Virus record (IMG/VR): IMGVR_UViG_3300028578_000001
Reading direction: 5' to 3' (one strand)
Source: a virus
DNA: 51,059 nucleotides
The translations under genes and the position numbers were made by a program. The notes below the pieces were generated by a model. It did no database searches. It saw only the letters and a list, made by a program, of their open reading frames with translations, and was not told the DNA's origin. This document shows positions 41,968 through 50,333 of the stretch, one piece after another; position 1 is the stretch's first letter, and the number at the start of each line of letters is the position of its first letter.

Positions 41968-43192
41968 CCATTTCCCGTAGAATATCGCCGTTTAGCACCA
42001 CCGTCAAGTTTTGGCCGCGCTTGGGGATGGACAGCGAATGGACAGCAAGCCATTCCCGCGCTGCGGCGCAATAGTCCCTCCAAACGGTGGACAGCGCCTT
42101 GGAAACATTGAGCAAATAGTCGGGATCATATTTGGCGTAGACCCGAGTCGTTCGCTTCAGCACAAGGTGTCCCATCGCCGTTTCCAGCTCCTCGTTCGGG
42201 ACGCGCATTTTGCGGAGCCGCGTGGCGATAGTGTGCCGGATCGTCTTTGGCACCGCCAGCGCCGGCAGATCGAGATTGGTCCGCATCGTCCGCCACCAGC
42301 GCTTGCGCGACAGGACCGGCTTGTGGGGGTGAGCCGCCCACGCATCGAGCCAGGGGGCGAACTCCGGTATCACCGGCACGACAGGGTTGTGCTTCTTTGT
42401 CCGCGGCCATTTCGGCGGGTGAAGGTCGAGCAGGCCGTCGGCCGGGCGATACTGGCGGCCAGGGTCCATCGCTAGGCCCGCCTCGGGACGAACGAGCGCG
42501 CCGATCATCAGCAAGATCCACCGCAGGGCGGCTATATCGTAGGCCGCGTAGCCGATCAGTGCCCCCATCTCTGCGCGCGTCAGCACAAGGTCCCGCGGCG
42601 GTGATCGGTACTTGCCCTTGAGCGATGGCACTTTCGGGACCCAAGGCAGGCGCGCCGTCTCGCCGACGTTGTGGTTCAGCGCTGCGCGAATGTCGTCAAG
42701 GTTGCGTTGTACGGACTCACCGACGACGCCTGGCGAACTGTGCCTGAAGTCCCGGCCGGCCCATGGCACATCGTAGCTGTGCGGTCCCATCCGCCATTTC
42801 CGGAAGCGTTCGAACAGCTGCGGGTTGAGCTGCGTGACCGTGACGTCGGTTGTGGCCTCGTCCTGCATCAGGAAGCCGATGAACTGGCGGATCGAGCTGG
42901 CGATCTGTCCGGCGGAATCGGCATCGCGCCCGTGCTCTTCCCAATAGTTGAACAGCAAGGGAATGACCGGCGCGTCCTCCGGCGCCTGTGGGCCCTTGGC
43001 CCGTACCGCCTCTTCATGGGCACGGATGACGCCCTTGGCATCGTCTAGGCTCTGCTTCCGAGTGCTGCGATAGCGGACCTGTCGAGTACCCTGCTCGTAC
43101 CAGGCGATCTGCCAGACGTCCGGCGCCTTTCCATCCCGACGCTTGTCGAGCCAGAAATCTCCGTAGACGTAGGGGCTCTCTTCTCGGCCCAT
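41924..43192 (-). CDS. int: Tyrosine integrase
   Basis: ..TIRHTIATRL..AMGHLV..RVYAKY catalytic region; C-terminus ..GGDGLEPPTLSV is the antisense translation of the tRNA fragment. Confidence 0.9.
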   Translation of the reverse strand: MGREESPYVYGDFWLDKRRDGKAPDVWQIAWYEQGTRQVRYRSTRKQSLDDAKGVIRAHEEAVRAKGPQAPEDAPVIPLLFNYWEEHGRDADSAGQIASSIRQFIGFLMQDEATTDVTVTQLNPQLFERFRKWRMGPHSYDVPWAGRDFRHSSPGVVGESVQRNLDDIRAALNHNVGETARLPWVPKVPSLKGKYRSPPRDLVLTRAEMGALIGYAAYDIAALRWILLMIGALVRPEAGLAMDPGRQYRPADGLLDLHPPKWPRTKKHNPVVPVIPEFAPWLDAWAAHPHKPVLSRKRWWRTMRTNLDLPALAVPKTIRHTIATRLRKMRVPNEELETAMGHLVLKRTTRVYAKYDPDYLLNVSKALSTVWRDYCAAAREWLAVHSLSIPKRGQNLTVVLNGDILREMVVGGDGLEPPTLSV

Positions 43193-43344
43193 TTCGCGGT
43201 CAGCTCCCTATTCTCGGCGTCGGACAGCATGTTGAGCAAGCCGAGCTCGGCAAGCTCTCGCAGCTCGCCCGCGGTGAAGCGCGTCCCCTGCTCGTTTCGC
43301 AAGGCCCGCCGCGTTTTTTTCGCGATGTCAGATATAGCACTCAT
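43045..43344 (-). CDS. Small ORF upstream of int (possible excisionase/regulator)
   Basis: ORF track; overlaps int by 148 nt, so its extent is doubtful. Confidence 0.3.
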   Translation of the reverse strand: MSAISDIAKKTRRALRNEQGTRFTAGELRELAELGLLNMLSDAENRELTAKWAEKRAPTSTEISGSTSVGMERRRTSGRSPGTSRVLDRSAIAALGSRA

Positions 43345-43401
43345 TCGGCTTCACGCTGGATGGATAGACTGTGGGAATAGAAGGGGTTGGGCGGGCGAGG
43401 T

Positions 43402-43692
43402 TCATCCAAGCCTCCACCTTGCGAACAGCCGCTCCAGCGGGCGCGAAATCTCCACTTCGACACACCCCGGCAGCCGATGCGCTATCCGCTCAGCCAAGTC
43501 CTCGGCCCAAGCGATCTCGCCGGGCAAATGCGTGTGATCCAGTTGGCCAAGAACGATGGCGAGATCAGCCTGAAGCGTTCGCGCGTCGTCCTTGCGGAAC
43601 CATGCCCGCACTTCGTAACTGTGGCCATGCAGCGCCCCTTCGGGGGAGTTGTGGGAGGCGCAGAACACCCCGCCGACGCCGGTTAGTTTCAC
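43402..43692 (-). CDS. queD: QueD-like 6-carboxytetrahydropterin synthase (short form)
   Basis: FCASHNSPEGALHGHSYEVRAWF; GTG 43692 in GTGA overlap, GGGAGG upstream. Confidence 0.65.
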   Translation of the reverse strand: MKLTGVGGVFCASHNSPEGALHGHSYEVRAWFRKDDARTLQADLAIVLGQLDHTHLPGEIAWAEDLAERIAHRLPGCVEVEISRPLERLFARWRLG

Positions 43693-44303
43693 GCCGCCTC
43701 CCCTATGTCCAGTTCGCGCTGTTCCGACCTGCGCGCTATCTCGCGCCGCATGTGAGAGTATCGGGCGAGGCCGGTCCCGTCGCACGAGTTGGCCCCCAGT
43801 TTCTCAAAATGCAGGAACCGCTGAGGGTCATTGATTCTTCCAGCATGGACCCATTTCTCAAACAACTGTGCAGTTCGAATGATCTGCTCGACGGCGGGCG
43901 AGCATTTCCAGATCGTTGAGCCGCCGATGAATACGGCGTCTATCTCATCCCATGGTATCGACAGACATTCCTGGCCGTCCTGGCACACCAATGCGACGCG
44001 CCAGCCAGCGAGGCGGGGGCGCCACCGCTCGAACAGTTCCAGAGTGCGCTGAGCCGACCCAACTATGTCGGGCGCGGCGACGAACAGGCAGTTTTCCTTG
44101 TGATGATCCTCGCGGGCCAAAAGGGCAAAAAGGGCGTCGATATCCAGCCGCTTGAAGCCGCCGTTATCGATTGCCCAAGGGCGCGATGGGTCACGCAATC
44201 GGTATCGGGTGAGAGGAGTAAGGAGCTGACCGACTGGCACACCAATCTCGTTCTCGCAGTCGGCTAGGTCTTGGCCGTTGTCGAGTAGGGCGATCATCGG
44301 CAT
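43689..44303 (-). CDS. TGT-fold, DpdA-like transglycosylase candidate
   Basis: WAIDNGGFK (cf. TGT DSGGFQ), AVFIGGST, GANSCDGTG; adjacent to queD. Confidence 0.5.
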   Translation of the reverse strand: MPMIALLDNGQDLADCENEIGVPVGQLLTPLTRYRLRDPSRPWAIDNGGFKRLDIDALFALLAREDHHKENCLFVAAPDIVGSAQRTLELFERWRPRLAGWRVALVCQDGQECLSIPWDEIDAVFIGGSTIWKCSPAVEQIIRTAQLFEKWVHAGRINDPQRFLHFEKLGANSCDGTGLARYSHMRREIARRSEQRELDIGEAA

Positions 44304-44452
44304 AGCCTGTGCTTCACAGCGCGGAAGCTGCGGCCAAGCTCGGCGGCGATTTGGCGGCGCGTAAGGCCCCGAAGCATCAAGGCGATCAGTTTCGCGTCAT
44401 CTTCAGGCGTCCAGCGGCGATATCCGCCGGCGCGGGCGGCTGCGGATATCAC
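44294..44452 (-). CDS. GcrA-N-terminal/Myb-like HTH protein (52 aa), not in ORF track
   Basis: RWTPEDDAKLIALMLRGLTRRQIAAELGRSFRAVKHRL; GTG with GGGAGG 5 nt upstream. Confidence 0.5.
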   Translation of the reverse strand: MISAAARAGGYRRWTPEDDAKLIALMLRGLTRRQIAAELGRSFRAVKHRLCR

Positions 44453-44548
44453 TGGAACCTCCCATACGCCCGATTGAAGCCGCGACAGCGGGCGAGACGC
44501 CGCAGGCGGCTCGATGCGGAGTACGAAAGCGGGTTGCCGAAGGCCGTC

Positions 44549-45295
44549 CTAAACATCCTCCCCTCCAGAGCCTAATAGGGACTGTCCCTTGAGAGCGCGG
44601 ATGGCTTTCGCGATGTCACCGGCAGTGGTGACGCGGAATGCGGCCTCGTCGTCGTCTCCGTCTGTCGCCCTCACGATGGCAGCGAGGCGACTTGTTTCCT
44701 TGTCAGCCACCTTCGCCGCTTCCTCCAGTACCTCATCCCGTCCAGACAAAGCGGGGAGGGAGAGGGCCTTTTCGATGGCGCGAAGGGCTTCAGCTTCGAG
44801 GACGAGCGGTGGGACATCCTCCGCCAGCAAGTCGACCTCGCGGTTGGGCTCGATCTCCGCGTCCAACAGTCGCCTCGCCTGTAGCGAAGGCTCGACAGAT
44901 GAGGATGCCTTGGCAGCGAAACGGGTGATCTGATCGAGGAGAGCCCTCTGGACGGGGCTCGGCTCCTGTATCGGCTCGACAGGTGGCCGGGTGAGGGCGG
45001 CGATGGCTGAGCGTGCCGCATCCTTCATAACCGAAGACGGATGTTCAACCTTGCCGCGCGCGTCACGGCGATAAAGCGTCTGCGTGATCGCAAGAGCGAC
45101 CCGTTCCACATCCTCTTGCGAAGGCTGGGATGGGGTGAGGGCGGCGAGGCGATGACGGGCGAAGGCTTGGACGGCGTCGCTAAGATCGACCATTCCATAG
45201 GCCATCGCCTCTTCGCCGGTCAGTTCCGCCGCAGCATCGCGATCAGCCTGTGTTACCGGGCAAGGCTTCATCTCCTGGAGGGGGGTGAGGGTCAT
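44549..45295 (-). CDS. Hypothetical protein
   Basis: ORF track. Confidence 0.55.
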   Translation of the reverse strand: MTLTPLQEMKPCPVTQADRDAAAELTGEEAMAYGMVDLSDAVQAFARHRLAALTPSQPSQEDVERVALAITQTLYRRDARGKVEHPSSVMKDAARSAIAALTRPPVEPIQEPSPVQRALLDQITRFAAKASSSVEPSLQARRLLDAEIEPNREVDLLAEDVPPLVLEAEALRAIEKALSLPALSGRDEVLEEAAKVADKETSRLAAIVRATDGDDDEAAFRVTTAGDIAKAIRALKGQSLLGSGGEDV

Positions 45296-45819
45296 GGCTG
45301 TTCCTGACTGAGGGTGGGCGTCTCGGCTTCGCCGACCGCGCTGGCGGGCCGTTGGCCCTGAGCCTGCTGCGCAGTCTCAGCCGTGCCGGCGCTCATCGCT
45401 GACGCGGCGCGGGGGCTGCGGACACGCTCCAGCCACTCGGCGTATTCGACGACGACCAGCGGGCTTAGTGCTGCGTCGATCAGTTTCCGATAGACTTCCT
45501 CGTAGCGAAGGTTGCTGCCGATCAGCAGCCAAGCGTAATCGACCATCGCTTGGGTCGGCTCGCGCATGGCTTCGATGGCGGCGCGGGCATCGTCACGAAA
45601 CCCGGCAGCCAGGTCGGCGGGCATCAGAGCCAAGCAGTTTCTGATCGGCGGGCAGCCCTTCCGCATGGCGATCTTATTGGCCAGCGCTTCGGCCACTCGT
45701 TCGATCATACTCTCTGCGTTAGGGATCGAAACCGAAGGCGGAGACGCGTCAGCGGCTCCGGGCGATGCCTGAGAGCCCGACGGCGCGTCAGCGCCGGAAC
45801 GCCCATTATCTATCGTCAC
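45292..45819 (-). CDS. Hypothetical protein
   Basis: ORF track; 4-nt overlap. Confidence 0.55.
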   Translation of the reverse strand: MTIDNGRSGADAPSGSQASPGAADASPPSVSIPNAESMIERVAEALANKIAMRKGCPPIRNCLALMPADLAAGFRDDARAAIEAMREPTQAMVDYAWLLIGSNLRYEEVYRKLIDAALSPLVVVEYAEWLERVRSPRAASAMSAGTAETAQQAQGQRPASAVGEAETPTLSQEQP

Positions 45820-45861
45820 GCCGCTTCCTCCCCATTCCTCCGCCGCGCCATCATCGCAGGT

Positions 45862-46260
45862 TCATCTTCGCGCGCTCGTTCGGGCCATCTGCTCCGTCCG
45901 GCTCCATTCCGCATCCGCCCATGCGAGCAGGTCGATTCCGTATGCGTCGCGGAAACCGGCGTGCCCCAGTGCCTCAACGCTTTCCTTCGGCCCGAATTGG
46001 ATCTGATGATGGCGCGGGCAGAGCGGCGCGACCCGGCGCGGTGAGCGGGCAATGCGCTTGAAGCCGTCGCTGGTGACGTGATGCACCGTTGCGGCCGCCC
46101 CGCAGACGAGACAGGGCATGGCGGCGATACGGGCGATGTGCCGCCGCTCAGCGGCCGTAGGTGCCCCGCCAGCCTTCGGCTTGATCCTGCCATGCGTGAC
46201 GCGCCCGTCATTGCGTCTCGGCCTCTCCCGTCGCTTCTTCAGCGGCTTCCTCGGTTTCAT
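45862..46260 (-). CDS. Ref/DUF968-like HNH nuclease
   Basis: RRHIARIAAMPCLVCG..VHHV..APLCPRHHQ; start uncertain (46260, 46278 or 46314). Confidence 0.6.
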   Translation of the reverse strand: MKPRKPLKKRRERPRRNDGRVTHGRIKPKAGGAPTAAERRHIARIAAMPCLVCGAAATVHHVTSDGFKRIARSPRRVAPLCPRHHQIQFGPKESVEALGHAGFRDAYGIDLLAWADAEWSRTEQMARTSARR

Positions 46261-46981
46261 CGGTGATCGGCTCGTCATCGAGAGCCGAGTTGTCGGGCAG
46301 CGCCGGCACGTCATCGGCGGCGGGGATCAAATCCTCGATCTCTTCCCGGATGCCGAGGCCCATCAGGCAGTCGGCGAACCCGTCGCGCAGCGCGAAGGCG
46401 CGGGCGCGGTTGAAGAGCATCCGGCTCGGATAGAGGAGCCAGGGCTTCTTGTAGGCGTTCATCCACAGCCCGGCCCGCTTGGCGTCCTTGACGGTGAACT
46501 GCCCGACGTAGGGTTCTTCCTGGCCGACGCGCCAATAGCGGACGACCCACCCGTAATCGTCGGGCCATTGATTCAAGTCGGCGTCTGGCGGGAAGGATGA
46601 GCCGACCTGCTGCGCCGTATGCTTGGCGATGACCCGGTCGCGCTGGATCAGGGCGATTGCTCCGTCGCCCCAGACCGTGAAACGCCCGTTTATCGGCATG
46701 ATCGTGCCCAGCCCGGTTTGCGGCGGCAGACCGATTTCGAGCGCCTTGAGGATGCCGGTCAGGATCAGCGCCCTGTTCGGGGCACCGTCCTTCTTGCCGC
46801 CCTCCCTGTACGCGTCTGGGATGATGTTCGCGGCGATCAAGCCGGCAGCGTAACGCGCGGCCTCTTCCGTATCGCGCGGGATGACGGGAAGGATGCCGCG
46901 GTCGTCGGCGGCGAGGGGTATCTTTGCGGGCAGCTTCGGGGCTTCCGGCTCTTCAACGGTCTGTTCGGCTTGCGTCGCCAT
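46208..46981 (-). CDS. recT: RecT-family single-strand annealing protein
   Basis: ATG 46981 within ORF 46208..47407; ..LPPQTGLGTIMPINGR..SRMLFNRARAFALRDGFADCLMGL. Confidence 0.7.
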   Translation of the reverse strand: MATQAEQTVEEPEAPKLPAKIPLAADDRGILPVIPRDTEEAARYAAGLIAANIIPDAYREGGKKDGAPNRALILTGILKALEIGLPPQTGLGTIMPINGRFTVWGDGAIALIQRDRVIAKHTAQQVGSSFPPDADLNQWPDDYGWVVRYWRVGQEEPYVGQFTVKDAKRAGLWMNAYKKPWLLYPSRMLFNRARAFALRDGFADCLMGLGIREEIEDLIPAADDVPALPDNSALDDEPITDETEEAAEEATGEAETQ

Positions 46982-46982
46982 G

Positions 46983-48167
46983 TCAAATCTCCGCTGCGAA
47001 AGGTGGGATGTCCTCGTCGGCGAGGTCGTAGATCGGCGCGATATCCAGCCACGGCTCCACGCCGAACGCCTCCGCATAGGTGCGGAATTTGCGCTTCTGC
47101 TGGTTGATGATTTCGTCGGTGATCGTTTTGATGGTGCCGCCGCGCGGATACCAAAGGCCGCGCGTGACGGGCGCCGGCCCCTTCTGCTGAAAGACGAACA
47201 GCCACTTGTCGGGCTCGGCGTGCTTCGCCCATTGAAGCGCCCACGCCGGATCATCCAGGCCGTGCACGACAGAGGCTCCATGTTTACGGACGAGCTTCCG
47301 AACCTCCGACGCGCCCTCGAAATAGACGGACGGCTGAATGTTGTAGTGGTAGCTGGCGATCTCGTAGGCGATGGCGCGTTCGATCGATCGCTCGCGCTGG
47401 TTGCCAAAGCTTTTGAGGTCGACCATCGCGCGGATTTTGAGGTAATCGACGCGCGCCTTCATCGGCACGCCGTTGGTCGGGCAGTGCCAGAACAGCGACA
47501 CTTCGGGGTGTCCGCCGCTGAATGCCTTCGACAACTCGGGGTCGCGGTCGATCATGTAGGCGGCGATCTCGAGCCGCTGCCACTGGTCGCGTCCGATCAT
47601 CGCCTTCCCGGCATTCGCTGCGAGATGTTGATCCGTCATCACGTCCCAAATCTGGGCGGTGGGATCGACGTCGAGTAGCTGCTTGATCCTGTCCGGCTTG
47701 TTGCCGCTAGCTGGTCGCTCGCCGGCTTCCTTGAGCGCGGCGCGGATTTCGTCGTCGGTCGTCAGGGCGTCTGGATAGTCGCGCTTGTCGAGATAGACCG
47801 CGAACCTCTCTTCGAACGTCTCTCGGCCTTCCAGGATGCGGCAGTGATAGGCGTTGCCGAGCGTGCGATGATCCCTGTCCTCTTCCTCTTTGCCCGGGTT
47901 CATCCACGACCGCGCCCAGAACAGCATCGGGGAAGATGCCAGCGCCTTGATGCCGCTATTCGACAGCGCCGGGACCGCGTGATAATCGGCTTCCGGCATG
48001 TTGAAATATATCCCCGGCTCCGGAAACGGGGGCGTGTCCGGAAGCCGGGGGGGCTCCACGCGGGCTGGTTCTCCCGGTTGCTCGCGCGTGTCGCCTAGGA
48101 GCTCGCCGACGGTTGTGAACGCATCCATCGGCCGGCGAAGCTCGGGGATGGGCGGCTGGTCAGGCAT
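46983..48167 (-). CDS. RecE-like PD-(D/E)XK exonuclease (DUF3799-like)
   Basis: IYFNMPEADYHAVPALSNSGIKAL; ATG 48167 with GGGAGG upstream; directly upstream of recT. Confidence 0.6.
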   Translation of the reverse strand: MPDQPPIPELRRPMDAFTTVGELLGDTREQPGEPARVEPPRLPDTPPFPEPGIYFNMPEADYHAVPALSNSGIKALASSPMLFWARSWMNPGKEEEDRDHRTLGNAYHCRILEGRETFEERFAVYLDKRDYPDALTTDDEIRAALKEAGERPASGNKPDRIKQLLDVDPTAQIWDVMTDQHLAANAGKAMIGRDQWQRLEIAAYMIDRDPELSKAFSGGHPEVSLFWHCPTNGVPMKARVDYLKIRAMVDLKSFGNQRERSIERAIAYEIASYHYNIQPSVYFEGASEVRKLVRKHGASVVHGLDDPAWALQWAKHAEPDKWLFVFQQKGPAPVTRGLWYPRGGTIKTITDEIINQQKRKFRTYAEAFGVEPWLDIAPIYDLADEDIPPFAAEI

Positions 48168-48274
48168 CGGAACCTCCCGCGCCATGCGATGCCACTCTGC
48201 GAAGACGCGAAGCGGCTGAGGCCCGAAGGGCTGGCAGCGCGGTGCCGCGCAGCGGCAGGCGCCCATAGCCTGTC

Positions 48275-49213
48275 TCAACCCTGTCCATCTGTTTCCTCCT
48301 GATGAGAGATACTGTGTTCGGGCGATGCCTGACGGCCCGCGCTGTCGTCGCAAGCGACGGAGCCACCTTCGGCGTCTCCGCCCTTCTGGCTTCCATCGCT
48401 ATCGCGGACACATTCCGGCCAGTGGTACGACTTCTCGGCTTCAGCCATGTCGGTGAGAAACCATCCCCGCTCCGTCGCGAGCAGATCGACCGACCACCGC
48501 CCGCCGAGGGCGGCACCGGCGCGGGAGGCAATGCGCCGAAGCTCGCCTTCATCTTCTGGCGTGCAAAGGGCGGCGTAATCGGTATCGGAAAGATGGCAAC
48601 CGCCCTGTTCAAGAGCTTCGCGCGGCCAGTACGGATGGAAACACTCGATCATGCCACCATCGACAAAGAAGCGGAATTCCTTGCACACGGGCATGTCGCC
48701 AAAGCGAGGGCAGACGCCGACCGGGATTGTCGGCAGCATCTCTCGCACCGCCCAGCTGCTCCACGGTAGTTCGCCGAACATGCCGTTGCACTCAGAAAAC
48801 TCTGCGATGCCGCAGACATGCGCGCCAAGGTCCTCCGCACTAGGAACGAAGCATGTCCGTCGCCAGTCGTGCTTGCCGGACGTGTGATCGGTGCGGAGAA
48901 AAACCGGAAACCCTATGGCCTCGCACGCTGCCCGCAGTTCGCGGAGGAAGGCTTCGGCGGGCGTCAGATCGGCCTCGCCATTCCAGAGAAGAGTTAGAAT
49001 GGCTTCGTGAGCATCATCTGGCATCGGGAGGAGGACGGTTTTGGGAACGGGCAGACCCGCCGCCTCAACCTTAGGAAACCAATAGGAAAGCGCCGTCCGT
49101 TCGCGCGAGGGATCGAAGCCCGGAGGGCCGAGACCGGAGGGCTCGGCTTGCGAGAGCCCGGTGCCGTCAGGCACGCGCCCTGAAAGCTTGCCGCTCATAT
49201 CCAAATCCCCCAT
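48275..49213 (-). CDS. ATP-grasp-fold protein
   Basis: YWFPKVEAAGLPVPKT..FPVFLRTD..EFRFFVDGG..WSVDLLATERGWFLTDMAEAE; its first ~40 codons are the antisense translation of repeat copy 5. Confidence 0.5.
   Translation of the reverse strand: MGDLDMSGKLSGRVPDGTGLSQAEPSGLGPPGFDPSRERTALSYWFPKVEAAGLPVPKTVLLPMPDDAHEAILTLLWNGEADLTPAEAFLRELRAACEAIGFPVFLRTDHTSGKHDWRRTCFVPSAEDLGAHVCGIAEFSECNGMFGELPWSSWAVREMLPTIPVGVCPRFGDMPVCKEFRFFVDGGMIECFHPYWPREALEQGGCHLSDTDYAALCTPEDEGELRRIASRAGAALGGRWSVDLLATERGWFLTDMAEAEKSYHWPECVRDSDGSQKGGDAEGGSVACDDSAGRQASPEHSISHQEETDGQG
49104..49182 (+). repeat. GC-rich two-hairpin repeat, copy 5
   Basis: CGCGAGGGATCGAAGCC..CGAGACC-GGA-GGGCTCG..CGAGAGCC..GTGCC-GTCA-GGCAC. Confidence 0.7.
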
Positions 49214-49271
49214 CCTATTATCAATCCGAACATCCCCAGACCTTTGGGATCGAGGAGAGCGGGAACTAGGT

Positions 49272-49365
49272 GTTGGGCGATTGCGCTTCGCGCACCGCCG
49301 CTTTCGTCCTTCGGATCGAGCCCGCTACGCGGTCTCGCCGCTTCGCGCATCAATCGGCTATCGCG
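49272..49365 (-). repeat. GC-rich two-hairpin repeat, copy 6
   Basis: Reverse complement reads CGCGATAGCCGATTGATGC..CGAGACCGC-GTA-GCGGGCTCG..TGCGC-GAA-GCGCA..ATCGCCCAAC. Confidence 0.7.
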
Positions 49366-49369
49366 GAAG

Positions 49370-50020
49370 CTAATCGACATATTCGACCTCCCGCTGAATA
49401 ATTTCGGGATGCTCAACGACCTGTTCCAGCATGTCGGCGAGACCGCCGCCACAGATGGTGAACCCTTGCCGCGCGTACTTGATGAGCCGCCGCAGGCTGG
49501 ACGTGCCATAGGACAGCTTGCCGGGGACGAGCCGCTTGTTGGCGATGTCGAACAGCGCCCATTGGCCGAACAGCAGATCGGTCCCGTCAAATCCACACTG
49601 GCAGATGGAAAAGTCGAAGCTGTCGATTACCGCATCCAGCGTTTCGAAGAACGCAACTCGAATGGCCTGCACCTTCAGTTCCGGCCCGCCGCCTTCGAAT
49701 GAGTCCTCGTCAACCGGCTTGGCCTCGGCCGCTGGCAGGCGGAAAGTGACGTTGAAATCGCTCTCATTCTGTTGCTTCGCGCCTTTGCCCTTTATCGCTT
49801 CGCAGAAGGCGTCGAACTGCGCCTGATCGCGGAAGAAGAAGTCGAAGTCACTTTCCTGCGGCAAGCGCGAGATGAGGCGGCGGACGCTTCCGCCCGCTAG
49901 CCAAGGGCCGGTGGCGGTGAGCGCCGGGAGGCGCGCAAGCGCCTTCGCGAAATCCGTGTCGTCGAACTCATTGCGGCCGTAGCGGTCCCAGAAGGCGGCC
50001 AAGGAAACGCGGGTGTTCAT
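49370..50020 (-). CDS. Minimal nucleotidyltransferase (pol-beta superfamily)
   Basis: LAGGSVRRLISRLPQESDFDFFF (GS..DxD; resembles the GGxVRD..DxD head of CCA-adding enzymes); ATG 50020 with GGAGGG upstream. Confidence 0.55.
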   Translation of the reverse strand: MNTRVSLAAFWDRYGRNEFDDTDFAKALARLPALTATGPWLAGGSVRRLISRLPQESDFDFFFRDQAQFDAFCEAIKGKGAKQQNESDFNVTFRLPAAEAKPVDEDSFEGGGPELKVQAIRVAFFETLDAVIDSFDFSICQCGFDGTDLLFGQWALFDIANKRLVPGKLSYGTSSLRRLIKYARQGFTICGGGLADMLEQVVEHPEIIQREVEYVD

Positions 50021-50129
50021 GCAGCCCTCCATTGCGCCTGATCGAAGCGGCGAAGCCGGCGAGACTGCCCTTGCAGGCTCGACCGTAGGCGAGAGCAGGT
50101 TGCCCGAAGGGACGCCCAACCCTTGTCCA

Positions 50130-50333
50130 TCATCCTTCTCCCTGGTCATGGGGGGTGGAGAGGGCAGACCTGAGCGAACTAATCGCGTCTCGCCGCCATG
50201 CTCCGTCACGCCGAGCGCCGCACCTGCACGGCTCATCCTTGCAGCCGATGCGACACAGACGGACGGCTTCGTCGCCGATTGCCAGTTCGACGCGCGACCA
50301 CGTTTCAAGGTCGGCAAGCGTCAGGTCGCTCAT
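50130..50333 (-). CDS. Hypothetical small protein
   Basis: ATG 50333 with GAGAGG upstream, directly after repeat copy 7. Confidence 0.35.
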   Translation of the reverse strand: MSDLTLADLETWSRVELAIGDEAVRLCRIGCKDEPCRCGARRDGAWRRDAISSLRSALSTPHDQGEG

